Source: Bdellovibrionales bacterium RIFOXYD12_FULL_39_22 (GTDB taxonomy: Bacteria; Bdellovibrionota; Bacteriovoracia; Bacteriovoracales; Bacteriovoracaceae). From it: a stretch of 64,000 nucleotides of DNA. Made by a program: the position numbers and the translations under genes. This document shows, one piece after another, positions 48,411 to 58,889 of this stretch. How positions within the stretch are numbered: position 1 is the first letter of the stretch; each line of letters starts with the position of its first letter. The notes beneath the pieces were generated by a model that saw only the letters and a list, made by a program, of their open reading frames with translations, ran no database searches and was not told the origin of the DNA. The stretch lies in contig MEQL01000060.1 in assembly GCA_001770205.1 (NCBI GenBank), forward strand, positions 1-64,000. The letters run 5' to 3'.

Positions 48411-50924
48411 ATGCCGGTACGTCAGGATATTTTAGAAAATGCTATGAAAAATTACAATGAAGAACAGGCCTTGCAGGAGGCCTCGCGTTGTCTGCTCTGT
48501 GAAGATGCTCCATGCATGCATGGTTGCCCAACGCATACTCCAGTAAAAGAATTCATTCGCAATATACGTTTTAAAAATTATAAAGCGGCATATCATCTTA
48601 TCAAATCGGCAAATATTCTTGGCGCTAGCTGTGCGCGTCTTTGTAATGCCGATCAAACTTGTAAGCAAAAATGTACTTCCCATAAATTATTGCGCCCTAT
48701 CGAGATTAATAAACTGCAACAGTTTGTCTGTGATCAATTCATCGGCCAAGAACCAATTGTAATCCCCATGCCCAAAACAGGAAAAAAGGTAGCAGTCGTT
48801 GGTGCCGGCCCAGCAGGAATTTCGGTGGCCTTTGAATTAGCGCGCAACGGCGTTGAAGTCACCGTCTTTGAGCGAGAAAATTATCTGGGAGGATTACTCT
48901 ACGATGGTATCCCAGACTATCGCTTGCCTCATAACATCATTGAAAAAGAGAGTCGCTGGGTGGAAGAGTGGGGAGTAAAATTTATAAAAGGAGAGTCGGC
49001 TCCTTCGATTGAACAACTGACGACAAAATTTAACGCTACTGTCATTGCCTGCGGCCTAAAAAAATCAAACACACTAAATATACCTGGCATGGAACTAGCG
49101 GGCGTTATTTTTTCCAAGGAACTGCTTAAAGCACACAAACTAAAAACTCCAATCTCTCTGGGTAAAAATGTAGTTATTATTGGTGGCGGTAACTCTGCTC
49201 TTGATTCTGCGCAGGCCGCACATGCTCTGGGCGCAGAAAGTATTTCCGTTATCTATCGCCGATCAGAAAGAGAGATGCCTGCTTGGGAAAAAGAAAAAAG
49301 TGTAGCAAATAAACTAGGAATTTCCTTTTACTACTTGGCCTCTCCAGTAGAGCTACATGGTAAAAGCAAAGTTACGGCAGTTGAATGCCAATTGATGAAA
49401 CTCTCTAGTAAAGTTGGGCCCGATGGCCGACGTGCCGTTTTTCCTATGGAAAACACTCTATTTACCATTCCTGCAGACAGTGTGGTTATTGCGGCCGGAG
49501 AGAGTGTTGATGAGAATTTTTTTAAAGAGAGCAAAATAGTTTTGCAACGCGGAGTTCATGCAACTAATCTACCTTCCGTTTTTGCTACTGGTGACATAGT
49601 AACGGCCAACCAATCTGTCGTTCATTCCGTGGCAGATGGCCGGGCCTGCGCCAAAGAAATTCTGCAAACATTACATCTCCCCTATCAAAATCTCACTCGC
49701 AGCAGCTATTATCGCCACGAAGATGTCGATATCTCCACTACCTTCTGTGGAATACGTTTTGAAAACCCTTTTATTCTGGCCGCTGCACCTCCATCAGACA
49801 ATTTGGAGATGGTAAAAGAGGCCTTTCGTGCTGGCTGGGCCGGCGCGGTACTTAAAACCACCAGCATCGAATCAAACGAAGTCCCTCTCAAGTATCCCAT
49901 GATGGCCGGTACCAAATTTGATAATAAAAATTTGATGGGCCTAGGTAACATTGACCTTATCAGTGAACACCACGTTGATATAATTGAAAAGCGCATTAAA
50001 GAACTTAAACACGAGTTTCCACACAAAGTGGTTATCGCCTCTATCATGGGTGAAAAGAAAGAAGATTGGCAAACCCTGGTACGCCGACTTGAGTCGGCGG
50101 GCGCTGATATGATTGAGTGTAGTTTTTCCTGTCCCCAGGGAACTTTAGGTTCTAAACCTGGTTTTATGCTTGGACAAGATCCTCGATTAGTAGAAGAAGT
50201 GGCCGGCTGGATTAAAGCAGCGGCCAGTAAAATTCCAGTGGTAATTAAAATTACTCCGCAAGTAACAGACATCGTAGAAATTGCCAATGCGGTTAAGCGC
50301 TCGGGGGCCGATGCTATCTGCGCCAGCAATTCGATTCCTTCACTAATGGGAATAAATTTAAAAACTTTTATTCCTTATCCTGAGGTAGGCGGAAAATCTA
50401 CCTATAGCGGATATACCGGCCCGGCCATTTTACCGATTACCTTACGCAACATCGCCGAAATTTCTCGCAACGTGGATATTCCTATTACCGGAACTGGCGG
50501 CCCAGTTACTTGGGAAGATGCCATAGCATTAATGGCCGTGGGTGCTTCTAATGTGCAGTTTTGCACTGGAGTTATGCATTACGGTTTTGATATTATCAAT
50601 GACCTCTGTAGCGGACTGACCTACTTTATGCAAAAGCACAACATAAAGGCAGTAAGTGAAATTATTGGCCGCTCGCTCCCATTTATAACTACTCATGATC
50701 AACTACACCAGGCCAGCAAAATAGTTTCACACGTAAATGAGGAAAAATGTATTAATTGCGGAGCATGCTATACGGCCTGCCAAGATGGTGGACACCAAGC
50801 AATTATCTACAATCCCAACAATCGTATTTTTAAAACCGACGAACAAAAATGTGTTGGCTGTGCTTTCTGTCTAGGGGTTTGCCCGGTGGAAAACTGCTTA
50901 ACTTTAAAATCACTTGATTCATGA
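48411..50924 (+). CDS. preA: Fused PreT-PreA dihydropyrimidine dehydrogenase-like flavoprotein
   Basis: EASRCLLCEDAPC..GCP, GAGPAG, GGGNSALD (PreT/GltD part); NPFILAA.P, SCP, KITP FMN barrel and two CxxCxxC ferredoxin motifs (PreA part) in one ORF. Confidence 0.88.
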   Translation: MPVRQDILENAMKNYNEEQALQEASRCLLCEDAPCMHGCPTHTPVKEFIRNIRFKNYKAAYHLIKSANILGASCARLCNADQTCKQKCTSHKLLRPIEINKLQQFVCDQFIGQEPIVIPMPKTGKKVAVVGAGPAGISVAFELARNGVEVTVFERENYLGGLLYDGIPDYRLPHNIIEKESRWVEEWGVKFIKGESAPSIEQLTTKFNATVIACGLKKSNTLNIPGMELAGVIFSKELLKAHKLKTPISLGKNVVIIGGGNSALDSAQAAHALGAESISVIYRRSEREMPAWEKEKSVANKLGISFYYLASPVELHGKSKVTAVECQLMKLSSKVGPDGRRAVFPMENTLFTIPADSVVIAAGESVDENFFKESKIVLQRGVHATNLPSVFATGDIVTANQSVVHSVADGRACAKEILQTLHLPYQNLTRSSYYRHEDVDISTTFCGIRFENPFILAAAPPSDNLEMVKEAFRAGWAGAVLKTTSIESNEVPLKYPMMAGTKFDNKNLMGLGNIDLISEHHVDIIEKRIKELKHEFPHKVVIASIMGEKKEDWQTLVRRLESAGADMIECSFSCPQGTLGSKPGFMLGQDPRLVEEVAGWIKAAASKIPVVIKITPQVTDIVEIANAVKRSGADAICASNSIPSLMGINLKTFIPYPEVGGKSTYSGYTGPAILPITLRNIAEISRNVDIPITGTGGPVTWEDAIALMAVGASNVQFCTGVMHYGFDIINDLCSGLTYFMQKHNIKAVSEIIGRSLPFITTHDQLHQASKIVSHVNEEKCINCGACYTACQDGGHQAIIYNPNNRIFKTDEQKCVGCAFCLGVCPVENCLTLKSLDS

Positions 50925-50948
50925 AATTATAAATTTACTATGCCCGTT

Positions 50949-52154
50949 TTAAAAAACTAACGCTACGATTTTTTCGCAAAACTCTTTGGTGTACTCTGTC
51001 GGTATCAAGCAGGAAAAATGGCCTTGCCCCTCTAGTAGCTTAACCGGCCGCACTGCCAATTTTTGCATTATCTCTTGAACTTCTAAGTTGCTGTTGAAAA
51101 ATGGTTGGGCCTGCTGTCCTATTAACGAAAATAGCTCCATCCCGTCAGGAACTAGCGAAACAAAATTTTTAAAATTTTTGTGCAAATCTTTTTGGTTGAT
51201 AAGAGAAATACCAATGAATGGCTTGGCCACCAATTCATTCTCACTACTACTTTTTCCAATCCAAGTCCCACCCAGCTCTGGATTTAAACTTGAGCCAACA
51301 AATAGCGGAATATTTTTGCGTAAAATAGGATCAATAGTGTCTGGAAATAAAATTTTTGCTCCCAATCTGGCCATTAAAGAGCAGTCCGCATAACTCATCT
51401 TAGAAAGATAATGGTTATTGGGAACAATTTTGGGATCTATGATGGCCACTCCAGGAGTATCTGTCCAAATTTGCAACAGCTCAGCATCAATTGCTTCCGC
51501 CAAAAGTGCTCCGGAAAAATCAGAGCCCTCTCGTCCCAAGGTAGTCGTTTTTCCATCCTCTGTCGCACCAATAAATCCCTGCGTTACAATCAAGGTATCT
51601 TTATCACGCAGGCCCTCACTCAAAAGTTCCCAAACATTACTTCTAATCTTATCGATAAGCGGACGGGCCCGATTAAAGTTATCATCGGTGGTAATTAATT
51701 TTCTAGCATCAACATGCAATACTCGATGATTGGGATATTTACTGTGCAGTAGATGCGAAAATAAAACAGTAGAAAGACGCTCACCTAACGCATAAATTTC
51801 ATCCATAATTTCTGGCGTTAGTTTTTGTGCTTGCGAAATAAGGCGAATCGCACTGCCTCCTACCTCAATTATTTGATCCACCTCTGCAACTAACCGCTTA
51901 TATTCTGTCACTTCTAAATTTTTGGCAATAGTAAGATGTTTGGCGCGCAAGGTGAAAAGTTTTGAATTAGCTTCTAAGAGCGATTTAAGCGCACTGGTGG
52001 CCACCTCTTCTAATTCATTAGTTGTATTGTACGTAGCACTTAGAATCACCACTTTCATCTGTTCAGAAGCTTTGACAATGTTCATGCAACGTCTCATTGC
52101 CGCCGCATCACGAACGCTACTTCCTCCAAATTTGGCAACAATCCCACTTCCCAT
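50949..52154 (-). CDS. lysC: Aspartate kinase
   Basis: VAKFGGSSV, GERLS, TQGFIG, TTTLGREGSDFS, IWTD; reduced C-terminal ACT region. Confidence 0.92.
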   Translation of the reverse strand: MGSGIVAKFGGSSVRDAAAMRRCMNIVKASEQMKVVILSATYNTTNELEEVATSALKSLLEANSKLFTLRAKHLTIAKNLEVTEYKRLVAEVDQIIEVGGSAIRLISQAQKLTPEIMDEIYALGERLSTVLFSHLLHSKYPNHRVLHVDARKLITTDDNFNRARPLIDKIRSNVWELLSEGLRDKDTLIVTQGFIGATEDGKTTTLGREGSDFSGALLAEAIDAELLQIWTDTPGVAIIDPKIVPNNHYLSKMSYADCSLMARLGAKILFPDTIDPILRKNIPLFVGSSLNPELGGTWIGKSSSENELVAKPFIGISLINQKDLHKNFKNFVSLVPDGMELFSLIGQQAQPFFNSNLEVQEIMQKLAVRPVKLLEGQGHFSCLIPTEYTKEFCEKIVALVF

Positions 52155-52165
52155 TGTTTTGCACC

Positions 52166-53842
52166 CTAAACCCTTTTTAATTTTTTATAAGTAACTCGCT
52201 TAGGAATAAGTGCATTTTCACCCAAACGCCGTTTTTTATCTTCTTCATAATCCGAAAAATTTCCATCAAACCAAACCACCTGACTCTCTCCCTCAAAGGC
52301 CAAAATATGTGTGGCAATACGATCTAGAAAATATCTATCGTGGGAGATAACCACCGCACAACCAGGATAATCAATCAAGGCCTCTTCTAACGCACGCAAA
52401 GTGTGAACATCCAGATCATTGGTTGGCTCATCCAACAAAAGAACATTTCCTTCCTCTCGCAACATTCTGGCCAAATGAACCCGATTGCGCTCTCCTCCCG
52501 ATAATTCGCTTACTCGTTTTTTATGGTCATCCCCAGAGAAATTAAATTTAGCGATATAGGCCCTGGCATTAACTTCTTGGTGGCCCAATTTAATAATATC
52601 ACCACCATCAGCAATAACATCGTGAACAGTTTTATTACCATCCATCGAACGATCTTGATTTACATAAGAAAGCTTAACGGTATCGCCAACCTTAAAAGTT
52701 CCTCCATCTGGCCTTTCTCCTCCCGTCATCATACGAAAAAGTGTAGTCTTACCAGCTCCATTAGGCCCAATTACCCCCACAATCCCTCCCGGAGGCAGTT
52801 TAAAAGTTAAATTTTCGTAAAGAAGTTTATCTCCATAGGCCTTAGAGATACCATTGGCCTCGATAACCAACTTACCTAGTCGAGGCCCGGGTGGTATATA
52901 GATTTGGGTAGTCTCATTACGCTTATCTTTTTCCTCATTCATCCGCCGTTCATATTCCGCAATACGGGCCTTACTCTTGGCCTGCCGGGCCTTCGGTGAA
53001 CTTCGAATCCACTCCAACTCTTCCTTTAAGGCCTTTTGCTTTTTGCTTTCTTGCTTTTCCTCTATGGCCAAACGCTTGGCCTTTTGATCTAGCCAACTAG
53101 AGTAATTCCCTTTGAAGGGAATTCCTTGGCCACGATCCAACTCCAAAATCCAACCGGCCACATTGTCTAGAAAATAGCGATCATGGGTTACGGCGATAAT
53201 GGTTCCCTTGTATTCTTGTAGGTGTTTTTCTAACCATAAAATGGTCTCCGCATCCAAATGGTTGGTAGGCTCATCTAGCAACAAAATATCTGGACTTTGC
53301 AAAAGTAGACGACACAAGGCCACTCGTCGACGCTCTCCTCCCGACAAAGTCCCTATCAGTTGCTCACTAGGTGGACAACGGAGCGCTTCCATGGCCAAAT
53401 CAAGACGACTATCTAGTTCCCATGCATTAGCAGCATCCAATTGATCTTGTAGTTTTGCCTGTTTTTCTAAAAGTTTATTCATCTCCTCATCGCTCATAGG
53501 TTCGGCAAACTGATTGTTGATTTCATCAAATTTATTCAACATATCCACAATTGGTTGCACTCCCTCCCGAACAATATCTCTGACCGTCTTGCTTTCATCC
53601 AATTTAGGCTCTTGCTCTAAATAACCAACCACATACCCCTTGGCCAACGAGGTCTCACCCAAATGGTTGTCATCGATGCCGGCCAAAATACGCAACAGGG
53701 TACTTTTTCCTGAGCCATTTAACCCCAACACCCCAATTTTTGCCCCGTAATAGTAGGAAAGTGATATATCTTTTAAAACCTGTTTAACCCCATGTACCTT
53801 GCCTACTTTCGACATAGTATAGATAATTTGCTTGTCGCTCAT
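52166..53842 (-). CDS. ettA: Energy-dependent translational throttle protein (ABC-F)
   Basis: Two ABC cassettes, GAKIGVLGLNGSGKS, ELEWIR..PKARQAKSKAR, IPPGPRLG. Confidence 0.95.
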   Translation of the reverse strand: MSDKQIIYTMSKVGKVHGVKQVLKDISLSYYYGAKIGVLGLNGSGKSTLLRILAGIDDNHLGETSLAKGYVVGYLEQEPKLDESKTVRDIVREGVQPIVDMLNKFDEINNQFAEPMSDEEMNKLLEKQAKLQDQLDAANAWELDSRLDLAMEALRCPPSEQLIGTLSGGERRRVALCRLLLQSPDILLLDEPTNHLDAETILWLEKHLQEYKGTIIAVTHDRYFLDNVAGWILELDRGQGIPFKGNYSSWLDQKAKRLAIEEKQESKKQKALKEELEWIRSSPKARQAKSKARIAEYERRMNEEKDKRNETTQIYIPPGPRLGKLVIEANGISKAYGDKLLYENLTFKLPPGGIVGVIGPNGAGKTTLFRMMTGGERPDGGTFKVGDTVKLSYVNQDRSMDGNKTVHDVIADGGDIIKLGHQEVNARAYIAKFNFSGDDHKKRVSELSGGERNRVHLARMLREEGNVLLLDEPTNDLDVHTLRALEEALIDYPGCAVVISHDRYFLDRIATHILAFEGESQVVWFDGNFSDYEEDKKRRLGENALIPKRVTYKKLKRV

Positions 53843-53906
53843 CGATTTGTCCCTTTGCTATGATAGATATTAATTTTGAAGGACAAATCTAATACACCCT
53901 GTGGAA

Positions 53907-54884
53907 TTATTCAATTAAAAAGGCACTGAAAAGATTGGCCAAGTAAAAGAAGTACGTGGAGAGATAGAAAAGAACTACCACTAAAAACTTTATAATATTT
54001 AACTTTTTTAAAAACTGAATGCTCTCTTGTCCAACATTAAACCATAGCTCTTCTTGAATTTCTGCCAACTCCGTCCCAATCGGCTGGCCCGAGCGCTGCC
54101 AGTTAAAAATTAAACTTTCCAAGCGTAAAACCAAATAACTTAAAAATTTACGTTGCCTTTGATCTTCCGTTAAAGCGGAACTCTCCGCATGATGAATAAT
54201 TTCTTTCTGGGAAAGGCCGACTCCTATCAAACTTTGAAAAATAAAAATCGTATTAAAAAATTTCCAAAAAGGAGCAAAAGTTAACTGTTGCAACCGCTGG
54301 TAAAATAGCGCAAAAAAGAGCGCTCCACTCAACTGCATGGCCAACATGAATATTTTTGAGAGCATTGATAATTTTACCTCGACGCTTTGGCCAACCATAT
54401 ATACAAAAAACCAGGTAATAAGTGAGATGAAAAAAAATTGCAAATAGGCTCCCTCTACCTCCTTTCGCAGGGCCCGCTCAAATTGTATATCCTTGATTAC
54501 CCCTTTTTTGAGTTGGGATAACGACTCCTTGAAATTACCACCATACAATTTAGCGTAGTAAATCAATTTTTTTAGGATATCAGTGTAAAATTTATACTGA
54601 GGAATATCTCCACCACCATTTCCCGGAATTAATGAATAATCACCACCGATAGAAAAAGTTATTTGGTTGATGATCACAACAAAACTATCCCCGCAGGCCA
54701 CCACCGACTGGCCCATCCTTTGGCGCCAAAAATAAAATAGCTTTGCTTTAATTTTCTCATACAAACTAAAGCAAAAATCTCCATGTCGCTTTCCCACAAA
54801 AAGGCCGGCCAAAACAATCAAAAAATAAAAACCTATCGCCATTTGATATTTCATAACAAAATTGCCAAGCAACATTGATGCCAT
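53907..54884 (-). CDS. TadB/TadC (GspF-like) membrane protein
   Basis: Two repeats of helical segment plus TM pair (GG...E.L..L; G.PI..EL..I). Confidence 0.5.
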   Translation of the reverse strand: MASMLLGNFVMKYQMAIGFYFLIVLAGLFVGKRHGDFCFSLYEKIKAKLFYFWRQRMGQSVVACGDSFVVIINQITFSIGGDYSLIPGNGGGDIPQYKFYTDILKKLIYYAKLYGGNFKESLSQLKKGVIKDIQFERALRKEVEGAYLQFFFISLITWFFVYMVGQSVEVKLSMLSKIFMLAMQLSGALFFALFYQRLQQLTFAPFWKFFNTIFIFQSLIGVGLSQKEIIHHAESSALTEDQRQRKFLSYLVLRLESLIFNWQRSGQPIGTELAEIQEELWFNVGQESIQFLKKLNIIKFLVVVLFYLSTYFFYLANLFSAFLIE

Positions 54885-54933
54885 ATAAAAAATTGACGAA
54901 ATAATCTAATTGTGTGATAGAATCAATCTTATT

Positions 54934-55248
54934 ATGACAACACTTAAACATCTCGGTTTTGACAATCATCAACTGCCTCCTTATGTAAATATTGCTGGCA
55001 ACTTACCAACGGACATAAAGATTCCTCTTCTTAAACGAAAGGTCTCCTTTTTAAACTCCATCTGCAATGAACTTAATCCCTACCTTCCTATTCCTGAGCA
55101 CATCAAAAAAAAGTTGCAAATGGTGCGCATTGATAATTTTTCAGATCCCTTTGAAATTACCAACCGCTTGGTAGTAATTTTGGAAGATTCAGTAGAAGAG
55201 TTACAAGCACTACAAGCGCAAGAAAAGCAAGGCCAGATAGTTCACTGA
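54934..55248 (+). CDS. Hypothetical protein
   Basis: ORF with plausible ATG at 54934, DPF.ITN..V..LED motif; no recognised domain. Confidence 0.55.
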   Translation: MTTLKHLGFDNHQLPPYVNIAGNLPTDIKIPLLKRKVSFLNSICNELNPYLPIPEHIKKKLQMVRIDNFSDPFEITNRLVVILEDSVEELQALQAQEKQGQIVH

Positions 55249-56252
55249 TTGATAAATTTGCTGCATCGCCGCAAATAGCTCCCTTGCATATATTCAAAAG
55301 TTCGCTGCTTGCTAAATTGCTCAGAAATCGAAGCAGGTTCTCGCATTTTGCCAATATCACTATCAACGCTTTTTTGCATCACACCTAAGCGTTGAAAATC
55401 ATTTTCACAGGCACGCTGCATAATAGAGCGATACTCTAAAAAAGCGGCCTCGGGATAGGGGCGATCATAGGCCGAAGAGATAAACATAGGTGCTTCCTCG
55501 GATAAATGAATAAAGGCCGCTGCTTCTACTCCATAATCTTTCAACTGCCCCTTAAACTCTGAAAATTGCTGGCCAATTTTATAAAAAGCGACAATCCCTT
55601 TTTTCTTTGAAAATTTATTGGAATTTGTATCCACAATTTTCTCACAATTAGAGTGCTGAGCGGCCTCTTGAGGAAAAAGATCATAGAGAACACCACACTC
55701 TGCAATATACGCCTCCACTTCTCCTCCTTTGCCTTCGATTGTGGATTGAATAAATTCTTTTAGCGTAAAATTGAGTTTGTATGGATTAAAAGGGGTTTTA
55801 TAAATGTAATGAGTCAGCTCATGGGCCAAATCTACGATTGCATTAATCACACTCAGATTACGATCTAGATAAACAATTGATTCACTTTCATAAACAACTT
55901 GGTCGGGATTACTTTTAGAAAATCTACGCACCAGCGTAGTATCACAAATAGAAGTTTTTCCAGGGCGCACTACATCCAATAAAGTTTTGCCATGTTGCCC
56001 GGCCTTGGCCTTGGCCTGCTTTGCAATCTCTCGCCCAATTTTAGACTTTTGCAAGGTGGAAAAAAGTAGACGAATGGCCTCTTGTGGATCTTTATGAATC
56101 AAAATCCAGCGCGTTTTGCTATTTAAATTACTTTCAGTATGCAAAACTCGCTCACTACGATTAAAAGGGGTGGCATTCCCGATTTGCCAAAAAAAGAGGG
56201 CAAAGACAAAAAAGCAAAAAAGAATTATTGGCCGAGATGAAATTCTCATCAA
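55242..56252 (-). CDS. Exported putative zinc metallopeptidase-like protein
   Basis: Signal/TM; HExxH (AHELTH) with downstream E (GEVEAY). Confidence 0.55.
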   Translation of the reverse strand: MMRISSRPIILFCFFVFALFFWQIGNATPFNRSERVLHTESNLNSKTRWILIHKDPQEAIRLLFSTLQKSKIGREIAKQAKAKAGQHGKTLLDVVRPGKTSICDTTLVRRFSKSNPDQVVYESESIVYLDRNLSVINAIVDLAHELTHYIYKTPFNPYKLNFTLKEFIQSTIEGKGGEVEAYIAECGVLYDLFPQEAAQHSNCEKIVDTNSNKFSKKKGIVAFYKIGQQFSEFKGQLKDYGVEAAAFIHLSEEAPMFISSAYDRPYPEAAFLEYRSIMQRACENDFQRLGVMQKSVDSDIGKMREPASISEQFSKQRTFEYMQGSYLRRCSKFINQ

Positions 56253-56406
56253 CTATAAGTCGGAGCAATTGAGAATAAAATTTAGAAGTTAAGTTGGCCT
56301 ATCTGGATATGGCGAGAATGTACTGGCAAACGACAAAACTAATGCTTTTTTATCCAGTATTATTTTTTACATTGACTCTTCTTGCTCTTTCGCTGACCAT
56401 TTATTT

Positions 56407-57714
56407 ATGAGCTTAAAAACTATTTTTATTTCCGCAGTCTACCTACTCATCGTTTCTTGTAACAGAGGCCCTGACAATGCTGGTAACGACGCTACTCCCA
56501 CCCCGGCCAGCTCACCAACCCCCACTGCGGCCACCACTGCTGCCTGTGGCATGGCCGATGGTATCTGTCCTGCTGCTTGCACTTTTTATGACGATAACGA
56601 CTGCGTAAAATGTAACTCTGTCGTAGGACTGACAGCACCAGTAGAAAGCTGCTCTGCAGAATGGCCTTGCACAAATCTTCTTCCAACCTATCCAGCACAA
56701 GGCATTTATGAAATTTCGACCGGTAGCGATATTCCCAGTTGCCAGACACAATTCCCCACGGCCGCCACCATCGTCGGGTGTGTGCGAGGAGGCCGGGGCG
56801 CTTTTAATGATGGCCCACCCAAAAACTGGATCGATGAAGATGGAATAAGTCGTTACTGGTGTGAGTATAGGCCAAGCGGAACTGCCAGTAATTCCAAGCG
56901 GCCGCTGCTTATATATATTCCCGGTTCTGGCTCTAATGCAGACGCCATATATGACTTTACGCTATTGCGGGCCAAGGCAATAGACTATGATAATTTAAGC
57001 GGCGATAGTTCTCGCAAAGGTATCATTTTAGTATCCACGCAAGGACGCAATTTGCACTGGCCGACGGCCTCTACCGAAGAAGGCAGCAAGCATGACTCTT
57101 ATCATCGAAACCTCGCAACTAACCGCGATGTTGCCTTTGTCGATCACATTATAGACACTCTCGTGGCCGAAGGAGTTGTTGACCCTAATCGCATCTACCT
57201 GACTGGATGGTCAAATGGTGCAAGATTTGCCACTTTCTACGGCATATCTCGCCATCAAACTGCCACCGCCGGGGGAAATAAAGTGGCCGCAGTAGCAGTT
57301 TATAGTGGCGGAGATCCCTATGAAAATATTGCTACCGAACAATCACCATCGTGCAAACAAAATCCCTATCCTCAAACCCAACTTCCTTTTCTCGTGATTA
57401 CCAGAAACTGTGACGCCATTACTTGTAACCAAGAACACTTTGATACTTTTTCTGCGGAAGGATGGATCATTACCCCTGGAAATCAAGTTGAAGCATGGTT
57501 TAGTACACTACAAAACACTATGAATAACTCTCATGCACAGTGGCTAAAAATTAATTACTACGGTGCCGATACTGCCTCCTGTTTGGCATTACCAATTTGT
57601 ACTCGTCAAACTGCCACTCGTAATCACTTTTGTTGGCCAGATGGTATTAGCGATGGCGGCGGAGTCGATAGAGAGATTGATCTTTTGGAATTTTTAAAAT
57701 CTAATCCTCGATGA
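56407..57714 (+). CDS. Lipoprotein alpha/beta-hydrolase (LpqC/PHB depolymerase-like esterase)
   Basis: Lipobox IVSC; Pro/Thr linker; Cys-rich N-domain; DV.F...ID......VDP.RIY.TGWSNGA nucleophile elbow. Confidence 0.8.
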   Translation: MSLKTIFISAVYLLIVSCNRGPDNAGNDATPTPASSPTPTAATTAACGMADGICPAACTFYDDNDCVKCNSVVGLTAPVESCSAEWPCTNLLPTYPAQGIYEISTGSDIPSCQTQFPTAATIVGCVRGGRGAFNDGPPKNWIDEDGISRYWCEYRPSGTASNSKRPLLIYIPGSGSNADAIYDFTLLRAKAIDYDNLSGDSSRKGIILVSTQGRNLHWPTASTEEGSKHDSYHRNLATNRDVAFVDHIIDTLVAEGVVDPNRIYLTGWSNGARFATFYGISRHQTATAGGNKVAAVAVYSGGDPYENIATEQSPSCKQNPYPQTQLPFLVITRNCDAITCNQEHFDTFSAEGWIITPGNQVEAWFSTLQNTMNNSHAQWLKINYYGADTASCLALPICTRQTATRNHFCWPDGISDGGGVDREIDLLEFLKSNPR

Positions 57715-57727
57715 AAGCACCTTGGGC

Positions 57728-58843
57728 CTACCAATCGTAAGTAATGGCAATTTTCCCAATTTTAGTCAAACCATCATTACTTCCCTTGTCTTGACTAAAG
57801 CCCTGGGCATATAGGAAATCAAAATTGGCAGAACCAAATTTAAATGTTCCTCCAATATTAGGCCCGTTGGTAGTATTAGACTTCGTAACAGCATCTCCAA
57901 CCTTAGTGTATCCGTAAAGATTGTAGACCGCACCAGTTCGTAGAGTAAACCATGGTGTTATGGTATATTCGAGGCCAGTGTTTAGGGGAACAAAAATTCC
58001 CGATACCGAGGCCGTACCATACTTCCCTGTTATATAACGAACTCCCGCTCCATAAATAATCTTATAACCAATTTTACTATCTTCGGTAGTTGTTCCTAGG
58101 CCGATATTAAAATCCCAATGTGCATTTTTTGTAACTACATTGTCGGTACCAACTACGGCAGTTTGCTCCCAACTACGTCGACTTAAAACTAGATATTGAT
58201 TAAATACTCCCACTTTGCGCTGCGCCCCCAGATCAAAACTAAATTTATCCTCATATTTTGATTGTGCAGCATCTCCAGGATCTTCCATTTTATTGATCAA
58301 TCGATAAGAAAACCAAGTATCTGCCAGCGCAAACTTGGCCCCCAAATTAACTTTAACTCCGGAGATTTTTTCTTGAGTAGTGCCATCGGCCACAGAGACA
58401 TCTACAAAGGTCAACCCTGCCCCCACTTCCACTCCTCGTAACGTAGTGGCCAATTGCAAATCAAGTGGTTTGACCGTAACGGCCGTTTCAAAATTAGCGG
58501 TGGCCGAGGAGTCCAAAAACATTTGATCAGTACGGCCATAGTTAACACCATATTTTATCCCACGCTCTGGAAGCGAAGCAATAAATCCGCCGGATCCTTC
58601 TTCATAGTTGGCCTGATTTTTAGGAATATTATTCAAATAAACAGGATTATAAAAAATATTAGAATCATCAACATAGTGATAGGCCCCCGTACTCACAACC
58701 GTATGATAACAACAAGTGGTTCCTGAAAGTGTCGTAGGAACTCCAATCGCTCCAAGTGTCGCCACTCGCACACTGCTTGCAAACAGTGATCCACTAAGTA
58801 CACAAAAAGATAACAGTAAAACGATAAAAAAAAGTTTTCTCAT
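57728..58843 (-). CDS. Outer-membrane beta-barrel protein (porin-like)
   Basis: Start ATG 58843 (GGAGG RBS); signal peptide; NIFYNPVYL; C-terminal ITYDW. Confidence 0.7.
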   Translation of the reverse strand: MRKLFFIVLLLSFCVLSGSLFASSVRVATLGAIGVPTTLSGTTCCYHTVVSTGAYHYVDDSNIFYNPVYLNNIPKNQANYEEGSGGFIASLPERGIKYGVNYGRTDQMFLDSSATANFETAVTVKPLDLQLATTLRGVEVGAGLTFVDVSVADGTTQEKISGVKVNLGAKFALADTWFSYRLINKMEDPGDAAQSKYEDKFSFDLGAQRKVGVFNQYLVLSRRSWEQTAVVGTDNVVTKNAHWDFNIGLGTTTEDSKIGYKIIYGAGVRYITGKYGTASVSGIFVPLNTGLEYTITPWFTLRTGAVYNLYGYTKVGDAVTKSNTTNGPNIGGTFKFGSANFDFLYAQGFSQDKGSNDGLTKIGKIAITYDW

Positions 58844-58889
58844 TTCAATCCTCCTTCGGTAAATCGCCAAGACAATATTATATTCTAAA

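Noticed and set aside
33672..50329. Long antisense ORFs (33672-34262, 36174-36677, 49709-50329 and similar)
   Set aside because: Shadows of well-supported genes on the opposite strand, with no motifs of their own
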